Shown in pieces: positions 39,582 through 47,624 of a stretch of DNA of 55,820 nt. The notes under the pieces are model-generated. The model was not told the origin of the DNA. It did no database searches and was given only the letters and a program-made list of their open reading frames with translations. The position numbers and the translations under genes are program-made. Each line of letters opens with the position of its first letter. The first letter of the stretch is position 1. This DNA is from a virus (taxonomy: Duplodnaviria > Caudoviricetes): IMG/VR virus record IMGVR_UViG_3300012349_000007, positions 1-55,820 of that record. One strand, 5' to 3'.

Positions 39582-40066
39582 GGCCTGAAATGGAAGGTGG
39601 AGCGGGAGCAATTGATGCTCCACCTGAGACAGAAGCGGAAGTTGAGCAGGAAGAAAAGGGAGATCAAGGAGTTCCAAACACTTCGGAAGAATACCCACCT
39701 TCCGAAGTGTTTGGAGGTGATAAACCTACTCCACAACTGGACATAGAACATTATAAGAAAAAAGGCATTCATGCACGTAAGAGAAAGTATGAAAAGCCTG
39801 GAAAAGATGGTGATGCTCCTGTTCGTGATGTAGTAATCTTTCGGTATAAGATGAAACATCATCTTCCAGGCATGTCAGACGACATGGAACATTGGTACGA
39901 ATTCTGGTACTTTACCAGACCTAACCGAAAGAAGGATGGAGACAAGTATGAGCAACACCTCAGAGCCTACAACAGGGGGCAAAAGTGGATTGCCCAAGAA
40001 GAGGGAATTGAAATTGTGGGAAGTAGCCGTAAAATCATTCCATACCGTAGACAGGCGCATAGTTGA
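39515..40066 (+). CDS. -1 frame extension: acidic linker plus basic aromatic domain
   Basis: The -1 frame opens after TGA 39512-39514 exactly at CCCTTTA and includes track ORF 39590-40066, which lacks a clear RBS. Confidence 0.7.
   Translation, partial: PFTTGSEREPGQDSEQRTPTEVGPEMEGGAGAIDAPPETEAEVEQEEKGDQGVPNTSEEYPPSEVFGGDKPTPQLDIEHYKKKGIHARKRKYEKPGKDGDAPVRDVVIFRYKMKHHLPGMSDDMEHWYEFWYFTRPNRKKDGDKYEQHLRAYNRGQKWIAQEEGIEIVGSSRKIIPYRRQAHS
39673..39715. repeat. 17 bp perfect inverted repeat, copy 1
   Basis: TCCAAACACTTCGGAAG-N9-CTTCCGAAGTGTTTGGA. Confidence 0.9.
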
Positions 40067-40304
40067 TGTAGAACATGCAACTGATGAAGAGTTTCAGACA
40101 TGGATAGCATCACAAGGTATTCCAGTTGATGAAGAAGGTATTTCTGAGTGGGTTTTTGAAGATAGAGTAGGGGTGATTAATCACGCCTTACGCTTTGGGG
40201 TTAATCTCAACTTTGCCGAAGATAATCCAGTCTCAAACACTTCGACAAACGAGGATTCTTCCGAAGTGTTTGAATGCCCTACTTCCGCTTCTGAAGCCAT
40301 TTGA
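40014..40304 (+). CDS. small acidic hypothetical protein (start uncertain)
   Basis: GAGGG RBS before TTG; part of track ORF 39936-40304. Confidence 0.55.
   Translation: MWEVAVKSFHTVDRRIVDVEHATDEEFQTWIASQGIPVDEEGISEWVFEDRVGVINHALRFGVNLNFAEDNPVSNTSTNEDSSEVFECPTSASEAI
40233..40273. repeat. inverted repeat, copy 2
   Basis: TCAAACACTTCG-N17-CGAAGTGTTTGA, same core and spacing as copy 1. Confidence 0.85.
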
Positions 40305-40365
40305 AAGAATATAGTAGTAGGGGTAACAATGGTATTCCTACTACTAACCAATAAAGGAGTCCTGT

Positions 40366-41118
40366 ATGTATACCTACACATTGTCTTATCCTGAAGATTA
40401 CCTTGAGCTAGAGAAAGCAGGTACCATCTTCTATGTGGGTAAGGGAACGGGTAATAGGATACATCAGCATGAGAGGGAGGCTAGAAGGGGCGGGAAAGGC
40501 TATAAGTGTAACGTTATCCGCAAGATAGAAGCTTTGGGAGGAAAGGTTGTCAAAAAGATACTTGCCCACTTCAGCACACATAAAGAGGCTACTTGGTATG
40601 AAATAGCGTTAATCTTTTTTCTGCCTAATTTAACGAACTTAACATTAGGCGGTGATGGTTTAGTAGGCTATGTCATGACCACAGAGCACAAAACAAACAT
40701 AGGCAAGTCGATTAAGGTCTATACCCGTACTGAAGAGGAAAAGAAGCATTTAGCAGTACTTCGTACTGGCAAAACCACTTCTGCTGAGACACGAATAAGG
40801 CAGGGCATAGCTCATCAAGAGTTAACCCATACTGAGGAGGCAAAGCGGAAAATTCAAGTTGCTAATACGGGACGCAAAATGCCGAAAGAAGCCATTGAAA
40901 GGCGCATATTGATTATGGAAGGGAAGCCAAGGATCATCAATCACTCAGGGAGAACCTATTCGGGGCTCATTGCGCCTAATGGTCAACAGTACGATAACAT
41001 CACCAATCTTACAGCATTTTGTAGAGAACATGGGTTACAACAACCTCAATTAAATCTGGTTGCAAATGGTAAGCGAAAATCATATAAGGGTTGGCATTTG
41101 CGACAAGAGGGAGCATAG
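40366..41118 (+). CDS. GIY-YIG homing endonuclease with NUMOD3-like repeats
   Basis: YTYTL...FYVGKG...RI..H, HTEEAKRKI repeats, C-terminal FCREHGL...KGW. Confidence 0.9.
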   Translation: MYTYTLSYPEDYLELEKAGTIFYVGKGTGNRIHQHEREARRGGKGYKCNVIRKIEALGGKVVKKILAHFSTHKEATWYEIALIFFLPNLTNLTLGGDGLVGYVMTTEHKTNIGKSIKVYTRTEEEKKHLAVLRTGKTTSAETRIRQGIAHQELTHTEEAKRKIQVANTGRKMPKEAIERRILIMEGKPRIINHSGRTYSGLIAPNGQQYDNITNLTAFCREHGLQQPQLNLVANGKRKSYKGWHLRQEGA

Positions 41119-41206
41119 CAGGTATTCCTATGGAATACCACAACGTTTATGGTGAATTGATAGAAGATCAGGTAGGGCATCCATTCCATGATAAGGAGCA
41201 AGCTAC

Positions 41207-43595
41207 ATGAGCCAGGAAGATGAGCTTATTGAACTCAACAGCGTCTACCACAACTGTCGTTCCCGCATGGCCCAACTCGAAGCCATCTTGCGCGAATACG
41301 TGAGCTTGTTGGAAGATTATAGGCTGGAAGGTGATGAAAAGCAGTATTTCTTTCGCGCCACAGAGGAGGAGCGGGATGCCTTGCAGAAACGCGCGAAGAA
41401 ACTGTTAGCAAAGGTTGACAATGAAAAAGCCCATTCAGAAGCCTAAATCACAGAAACGTTGTCGTTGTGGATCGCCGAAGTGCTCCACGTGTGGGAAATG
41501 TCACAATCGCTGGTGCTACATTGGCGACAAGACCGGCCCATATTGTGGAGGTTGATAGATGACACGTTCGCACAACGAAACCAGGAAAAGCCGGAAGGAG
41601 GCACCCAATCCGGTGAAAAGGACTGGCATGAGAAGAGAACTCGTGTTCGCTCTCATCGGGCTAGCGCTCGGCCTCATCGCCTGGTATCTGCTTGTGAGGG
41701 CAGGAATGATTGTCAATTGAAAGGAGCAACTGATGCCTGAATTTCCATCCCGTTTCACCTGGTGCAACTACTGCAACATGCAAAAATGGTGCTACTGGGT
41801 CAGGCGGGGGATAGGCAATATATGGCTGTGCTCTGAGTGCGCGAGAAAGACACGATAAGGAGGCATGATGTACTGTCAATGGAATCCGAAAGAGGACAGG
41901 AAAGCCCGAAACGATGATCCGACTCATCATGATGCGGAGTGCTACGCTATTCCATCGGGAGGCACGGATATCTGGTATTTGTGCCAGAAATGCCTTAGCC
42001 TTCCCCGTTTTACCAATTTTCGGGATGTTGGGAAAATCATCAGTCACTATGAATTTTGGTTCAGGAGTTGGGGGAGGAGAAATGCCTGAATTATCGCAAC
42101 AGCAGCGTGCATGGCTCGAAGGCGAAGCGCACGATGTCGCGCAAATCTGCCAGCATATGCAGTGGGATAGGAAGTCGGCCAAAGATCAAATCCTGGCTAC
42201 CTTTCGTATCGGAGAAGAGGAATGGCACGGCACGGTAGACGAGCATCGAGAAGAAATCGAGGGAATTGTGTGTAGTGCGTTAGATAGCATTTATGGGATA
42301 GAGACAAAGTAGAAAGCGAGAGTGCGGTGATAGTGGAGTGGAAACAGAGAATGAAAGATATGTTGTTTAGGGTGCTGTGCGTGCTCCGTCCCACGGAGCG
42401 GCCCAGCGAGACTGAATTGATAGCGTACGGCAAGGAAATGGAGCGACGGCACATGAAAGCTAGCGTGTGGATCGACCCAGCAGTCAAGCCCTGCGCCTAT
42501 CCACAGGTGGCAGCATACGAGCCGCCACAGCGTACGACTGATCCAGTGAAAGTGCCCTATCCACACGGCGCGTACTTTCTCCAGGAGCGGAAACGCTACA
42601 CCTGGATTGTGGATACCGAGACGCAGGGGCTGCACGCAATCACGCAAGAACGGATGCAGGAATTGCTGAGGAAGGTGGAACCATGAGCGGCCAATTTCTT
42701 GTGCTCCACGACCAGGACTACGCCTCTCGTGTGCGTCAGGCCATAGCGCGTGATGTGTGCGCAATGAGCAGTGTCTTTGTGCCAGCAGTCGAGAAGAAAC
42801 AACGGCGTTCTCGGCGCAAAACGAAACCGTTGCCGCGTTTTCACGACCGGCAAACGGAAGTGGGAACCTACACGACGGTGCCGAGTATGGAGGATAGATG
42901 AGCGGATCTGAACTTTTCTGGGCGACCTATTTCATGCTGAGTGGCATGATCGTCAATGTTGCACTTGTCATGGCCCTGGCGCTGTTCCTGGTCCTCTGGC
43001 TAGCGGGCCTAGTGGAGGATGCCCAGCGTCGGCAGACAATTCCTCCCCGGCCTAAAGACGCGGGGCTTCCTTGCCTGAACGTTTGTGAATATACCGATGA
43101 GTTGACGGGCATTCGTATGACGATAGACCAGGATAATCCTAGGTATCCTGGACATCCTAAGATTACTGTCATTTGTCCAGAAGGGCGCATACTTTCTCTT
43201 GAGCAGATAAACGAAGCACTCAGCCGACTACGACATAGAGCAGGAGTAGCATCTGAGTTGTTTCCTGATGTTCTGCACAGTGAAATGCGGTGAAACATCC
43301 ATGATACAGTTGAAGCAATCGTTACTCGATGAGACGGGAGAGGTGAACCATGCAGCCGAACGATTTGCGCGGCCACAGCCCGCCGCAATATGAGCTCTAC
43401 ATCCGACGCAGTGACCGAGCCTTGAAATTGGTCGAGCAGCACTCACGTCGTCCCGTTGCGATTGAGAGGGTGCTAGGGAGCCTTAGAGAATCGAGAGGTC
43501 TGTTTATCGTACTGCAAGACAAACGAAGGGTTACGCCTTATCTGATGGGCGATGAGATTCATTGGGTGAGCGAGTTTCCGAGCAGGGGAGGGTAG
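41207..43595 (+). CDS. run of small coupled genes including Cys-rich microproteins (41421-41555, 41733-41858, 41865-42089) and TM proteins (41559-41720, 42898-43293)
   Basis: RBSs and stop-start overlaps; CRC/CSTC, CNYC...CSEC and CQKC motifs. Confidence 0.6.
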
Positions 43596-43627
43596 GTTAG
43601 GAGGCAGTTTTCACCGCCTCCTGCTAG

Positions 43628-43810
43628 CTAGTGTTTCCGTTCTATTTGCTTTGCACAGGCTTCACATTTGCCCGTCTCGTGGTCAATGAGTTCCATGCGA
43701 GTATCCACCGGTCGGTGGCACTCACTGCACTCTTGCAATGGAACTTCTGTCCACTGGCTAAGCGCCTTACCATCATGGGCCCAGGCTCTGAATACTTGGT
43801 TCTTTCTCAT
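43628..43810 (-). CDS. Zn-ribbon microprotein with its own promoter
   Basis: AAGGAG RBS; CSEC...CEAC. Confidence 0.75.
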   Translation of the reverse strand: MRKNQVFRAWAHDGKALSQWTEVPLQECSECHRPVDTRMELIDHETGKCEACAKQIERKH

Positions 43811-43855
43811 TTTCGCTTCTCCTTGACTCAATTTTGTGTTTCCTTCACTATCTAT

Positions 43856-43884
43856 ATTATAGCACATAGTCACCAATTAGTCAA
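43856..43884 (-). promoter_or_regulatory. strong sigma70-type promoter
   Basis: TTGACT-N17-TATAAT with TGn. Confidence 0.8.
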
Positions 43885-43893
43885 CACTTTAGT

Positions 43894-43921
43894 AACCAAT
43901 TTTCAACGAATTTTGAAAACT
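43894..43921. repeat. 28 bp direct repeat with internal dyad, copy 1
   Basis: AACCAATTTTCAACGAATTTTGAAAACT, identical at 44812-44839. Confidence 0.9.
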
Positions 43922-43940
43922 CATAAAACTCGTTGAGGGA

Positions 43941-44112
43941 GGTGCTATTTTTTGAAAAAATAGCACCAGTTTCTCTCAATCAGTTTCTTTATAATGCGTT
44001 TCTCTCACAAGGTTTCTTTCTTAGTACGATGTCTAGGGAGTAGACCCCAGCGGTCTAAAGGCTAGACGAAGCGGTCTACTCAGTAGACCTCCTGGACGTC
44101 TACCGTCTAGAC
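43941..44112. repeat. second origin-like region: palindrome, AT-rich repeats and four iterons
   Basis: GGTGCTATTTTTT-G-AAAAAATAGCACC; four GTTTCT repeats at 14-15 bp; GTCTA-N5-TAGAC at 44031, 44053, 44074, 44098. Confidence 0.8.
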
Positions 44113-44454
44113 CCCTCGTACTTTCAGCTTGTAATACTTCTTAATTCTGGCTTTATCTCGTTCATCCTTTTTGCAGAGCAGATAGCCATGTTCTACCGCT
44201 CTTGCAATGCCATCGAGTACGGATTGTCTGCTGAGCCCTGTTCCATAATCGAGATTATTTCTTCCCTCCATAAATTCCTTAATGGTGATCTTTTTCCATT
44301 GATCGATCTCACCAAATCCCCAGGTATGACGCGCAACGTAGAAAAGGATCTTGAGCTCTGCGAGATTATCAACCTCCCTGAAAACGTCAATCCAATCATG
44401 GGGTATGCGAGTAAACCCGTATTCATTCGGGTTATCGAAACCTTCAAAAGTCAT
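44107..44454 (-). CDS. truncated O-like replication initiator (DNA-binding domain only)
   Basis: FTRIPHDWID...AELKILFYVARHTWGF...GTGLSRQSV...GYL; stops inside the first iteron. Confidence 0.8.
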   Translation of the reverse strand: MTFEGFDNPNEYGFTRIPHDWIDVFREVDNLAELKILFYVARHTWGFGEIDQWKKITIKEFMEGRNNLDYGTGLSRQSVLDGIARAVEHGYLLCKKDERDKARIKKYYKLKVRGV

Positions 44455-44557
44455 ATTTGCCTACATGCTATAATAGCAAGTGTCTAGCTAGAGGGCACGC
44501 GCCAGCTATCTACAGGTTTGGAATTCCAGTGGTATATATTGTGCGCGTGTCCTGGGC

Positions 44558-44746
44558 CTATGCTACTTCTTTTGCCTGCTTGTTATCCGCTAATCTTTCA
44601 TTTAATGCCTTGCATCTCCTATAAGCACCCTGCTTTTGTGGATAGACTTTTGTGTTATACGGCACCCTGTCGTTATAGTGAATCGGAGCCGAAGGACACC
44701 AAAAAATCTGATATCCACCCTCAACGGGAAACACCTTGTACTCCAT
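44558..44746 (-). CDS. small hypothetical protein with its own promoter (TTGACT-N17-TACCTT, 44813-44785)
   Basis: AAGGAG RBS and promoter consensus. Confidence 0.7.
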   Translation of the reverse strand: MEYKVFPVEGGYQIFWCPSAPIHYNDRVPYNTKVYPQKQGAYRRCKALNERLADNKQAKEVA

Positions 44747-44811
44747 ATTTGTCTCCTTTTTGTTATTATTGCCTTCCCTTTTATAAGGTAACATATAAAC
44801 AACGAGAAGTC

Positions 44812-44839
44812 AACCAATTTTCAACGAATTTTGAAAACT
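44812..44839. repeat. 28 bp direct repeat with internal dyad, copy 2
   Basis: Identical to 43894-43921. Confidence 0.9.
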
Positions 44840-44862
44840 GGTGCTTTTTCGTTGTTAAAGTG

Positions 44863-44891
44863 TTGACTTTTCGTTACCTGTGTGGTATTAT
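44863..44891 (+). promoter_or_regulatory. sigma70-type early promoter
   Basis: TTGACT-N17-TATTAT with TGn. Confidence 0.75.
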
Positions 44892-44932
44892 TAGATCAGT
44901 GAAGAACACAAAAACAAACTGAGGGGGACGAA

Positions 44933-45217
44933 ATGACAAGGATCAACACCAGCCGCCAAGCGGTATCAGCCATGCAGAGGAATTGCACCTACAAGGCATC
45001 TGGTGCCATCGCCCAGCACGTTATCAATGCAACGGTCGAGCTCGACAGCACAGATCCGGTGCTCTACATCGATAGCAAGTTCTTGGTAGCCAGCAAGTTC
45101 AGCAATCGCTACTACACTTGCAAGCTGGTTCGTGGCCAGTGGACGTGTAGCTCGCAAGATGCGAGCGTAGCAGCTCGGTGCATCGCTCAGGCTCGGGCCT
45201 TCAGGCAGAGCTGGTAA
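44933..45217 (+). CDS. hypothetical protein, degenerate SWIM-like
   Basis: FLVASK...RYYT...WTCS...RCI; GAGGGGG RBS. Confidence 0.65.
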   Translation: MTRINTSRQAVSAMQRNCTYKASGAIAQHVINATVELDSTDPVLYIDSKFLVASKFSNRYYTCKLVRGQWTCSSQDASVAARCIAQARAFRQSW

Positions 45218-45228
45218 GAGGGAAACCG

Positions 45229-45441
45229 ATGACCAAGATTGCAACGATCACTTTGAAAGCAACAGGCCTCACCTACGAGGTGTATCCGGTGAAGTCATTT
45301 AGTGGCGCGGCTGAGTACAGCGTGTGGGTGATTAATAATCGTCCAGTTTACTGTAGGTGTCAATCTCGCAAATTTAACCCCCACAAGCTTTGTAAGCATA
45401 TGCGGGAATGGATGCGAGAGAACGTAGCGAGTGTGGCCTAG
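45229..45441 (+). CDS. SWIM Zn-finger protein
   Basis: YCRC...CKHM. Confidence 0.75.
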   Translation: MTKIATITLKATGLTYEVYPVKSFSGAAEYSVWVINNRPVYCRCQSRKFNPHKLCKHMREWMRENVASVA

Positions 45442-45997
45442 TGGACATTGTTGAATGGATGTGTCAGGAGCAAATGGAGCTTCTGGCACACGTTGAAGAC
45501 TCGATAAGAAATGGAAACTTTAAAATGATGAAGCAAACAGAGAAGCGCCAAATCGCTCTAAGAGCAGCTAGGGCACAACTGAGAACACTGGGGATCGATC
45601 CTCAGAAGACGGCAAGTTTTCAAGATATTCTGGCTGTGCTTGACGATCTTGCCAGGAGTGAGCCCGATCTAGTTGCTTCTCAATGGTACACGGCATCTAC
45701 AAATCATCAGATTGCAGCCTTACGGCGTGATTGGCATGCATGGCTGCGAGAGCAAAGAAACAGATAGGAGACGAAATGCACGTAGGCGATACAGTACGCA
45801 TCATTGCCGCCGATCATAGCGGCGAGATCGGTGAGTTGCGGGTGATAGAGCCCCTGGCCTTTATCGGTGATTTTTATGGCGTGTGGCTCGACAGCACAGA
45901 GACGATTGTATTCTTTTGGCCTGATGAGCTGGAGCCAGCTTCTCAGCCACACAAGACAACCCCGGCCTGGTGGTTGAACAATTCCAATGTATGGTAG
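45441..45997 (+). CDS. two small hypothetical genes (about 45441-45767 and 45776-45997)
   Basis: ORF track and RBS; the second begins SH3/KOW-like VGDTVRI. Confidence 0.5.
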
Positions 45998-46072
45998 TTT
46001 TCTATAGAAATTGAGAGGTAGCAAAATGACACAAACAGCTTTACAGCCATATACTGGCGAAGAGGAAAAATA

Positions 46073-46764
46073 ATGGGCAATATACACTTTGTTGATAGAA
46101 CAGGTGAGCGATATGGGATGCTAAATGCTTCTATGTTGAACTTGCGGAATATCGAGCCCGGAAAAGAACTAACAGCCGGTACCAGGCGGAAGTAGACAAG
46201 CCCTATTCCGCAAATCTTCTCTGGAAGCATATAGTCATTCTCTCTTTTGCCGGAATACACATTGACTCTTGCGGACATAAGCGCCGTATGTGGCTATGCC
46301 AATGTGACTGTGGCAATACTAAAGTTCTAAAGTTCAGTGATATGTCAGGCAACCATACAAGAAGTTGTGGATGTTTGGTCAGAGAAGTCAATAAAAATAA
46401 CACCTACCGCCAAAAGCCTGATGGTTCATCGGCATTCAATCAACTTTACTTGGCTTACAAGAAAAGTGCTCGTTACCGAGGGTTATCCTTCGAGATTACA
46501 GAAGGTGAGTTTAGAATGCTCACAAAAAGCGATTGCTTTTATTGTGACCTACCACCTTCTTTACAAGCAAGTACTGTGAAGAAAACGCATGGAGAATATA
46601 TCTACACGGGTATTGATCGTATAGATAACTCTAAAGGATACACCCTAGATAATGTAAAACCATGTTGTAAGCAATGTAATTATGCCAAGCGGGATTTATC
46701 AGAACAAGAGTTTTTGGAGTGGATAACGCGCTTAGCTGCGCACCTAGTGATGCAAGAGAGGTGA
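46073..46764 (+). pseudogene. HNH-type endonuclease gene disrupted by a 110 bp insertion
   Basis: DRTGERYGML | VILSFAG...WLCQCDCG...SCGC...CFYC...GIDRIDNSKGY...CCKQCN; halves in different frames. Confidence 0.85.
46124..46231. mobile_element. MITE, IS630/Tc1-mariner type, with TA duplication
   Basis: C-TA[AATGCTTC...GAAGCATA]TA-G; internal IR TTGCGGAATA/TATTCCGCAA; removal restores CTAG and the reading frame. Confidence 0.75.
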
Positions 46765-46767
46765 TTT

Positions 46768-47463
46768 ATGACATTCAACCCAGGCGACCATGTTATTATC
46801 ATGGAGCGCAAATCAAAGCAGAAGGATGCACAGGGACACGAAACTTGGAAGGTTACGAAAACCGAGTACCTGCCTGTACAATGGCGTCTTTACTGGTTTC
46901 GATTGGAGAACCAGAAAGGCAAGATTGACTCTAAGGCGCTCACCATTGACCTGGAAAAAGGGGCAGCCATTTTTGAAACCTTTGTGGAGCGTGAAGATGG
47001 TGGTAGCGCTCGTATGCATGGTAGTGAGACACAAGGTGATTGGAAAGACTATATCGAAAAGGCGCAAACAAAGTCTCTAGGCCGCGCTCTTGCTGCTGTA
47101 GGATACGGGTCGCAATTTACCGATGATGAATTTACAGAGGGAGAGCGCATTGTAGATAGTCCTGTAGATCGTGGTAAATCCCTTGAAGAGCATCACAATG
47201 GGAACAGGCCGGTACAGACACCGCCTCCACCGAAACAGCCCAATCCCATCGATCAACTGAAACGGAAGGCAGTGGAGGCTAAGTTCATTGTAGGTAGCAA
47301 TCCCCAGGAGCTTGCAACAATGTGGAAGAACCGCCTCCGCGCCGTGTTCCAACGCGAAGTGAGCGACCAGGACCTGTACGAGTCAGAGGCCCTACAAGGT
47401 ACCCTGCGTGATGCCATTGAGCGTTACGTGGCAAGGCAGGCAGCGGCCACGAGCGGGAAGTAG
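46768..47463 (+). CDS. Rad52/Sak-like single-strand annealing protein
   Basis: YLPVQWRLYWFR...YIEKAQTKSLGRALAAVGYG, Pro linker, C-terminal domain. Confidence 0.7.
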   Translation: MTFNPGDHVIIMERKSKQKDAQGHETWKVTKTEYLPVQWRLYWFRLENQKGKIDSKALTIDLEKGAAIFETFVEREDGGSARMHGSETQGDWKDYIEKAQTKSLGRALAAVGYGSQFTDDEFTEGERIVDSPVDRGKSLEEHHNGNRPVQTPPPPKQPNPIDQLKRKAVEAKFIVGSNPQELATMWKNRLRAVFQREVSDQDLYESEALQGTLRDAIERYVARQAAATSGK

Positions 47464-47480
47464 CGAGAATATCAGGCAGC

Positions 47481-47511
47481 AGCGCACGGCTCCGGTCGTG
47501 CGCTTTGTATT
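47481..47511 (+). terminator. intrinsic terminator
   Basis: AGCGCACGGC-TCCG-GTCGTGCGCT followed by a T-rich tail. Confidence 0.6.
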
Positions 47512-47562
47512 GGCGAGTTTTCCCAATCTGCCAGAAATTGCTTATTTTGGTGCCAAAAAGAC

Positions 47563-47591
47563 TTGACAACTTCGTTTCGTTATGCTACAAT
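47563..47591 (+). promoter_or_regulatory. strong sigma70-type early promoter
   Basis: TTGACA-N17-TACAAT with TGn. Confidence 0.85.
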
Positions 47592-47624
47592 ACTACTAGA
47601 TCAAGAAACAAGGGAGAAACAAAA

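Noticed and set aside
43941-43967. Palindrome as a protelomerase telRL site
   Set aside because: Short, has an unpaired central base, and no protelomerase-like ORF was recognised
43950-44110. Stop codon reassignment explaining in-frame stops after the mini-initiator
   Set aside because: Both TAG and TGA occur, and both end many normal genes in this genome
46124-46233. Insert as a self-splicing intron or ribosomal bypass element
   Set aside because: Too short for group I/II cores and no matched take-off and landing codons next to a stop; TA duplication at CTAG fits a MITE better
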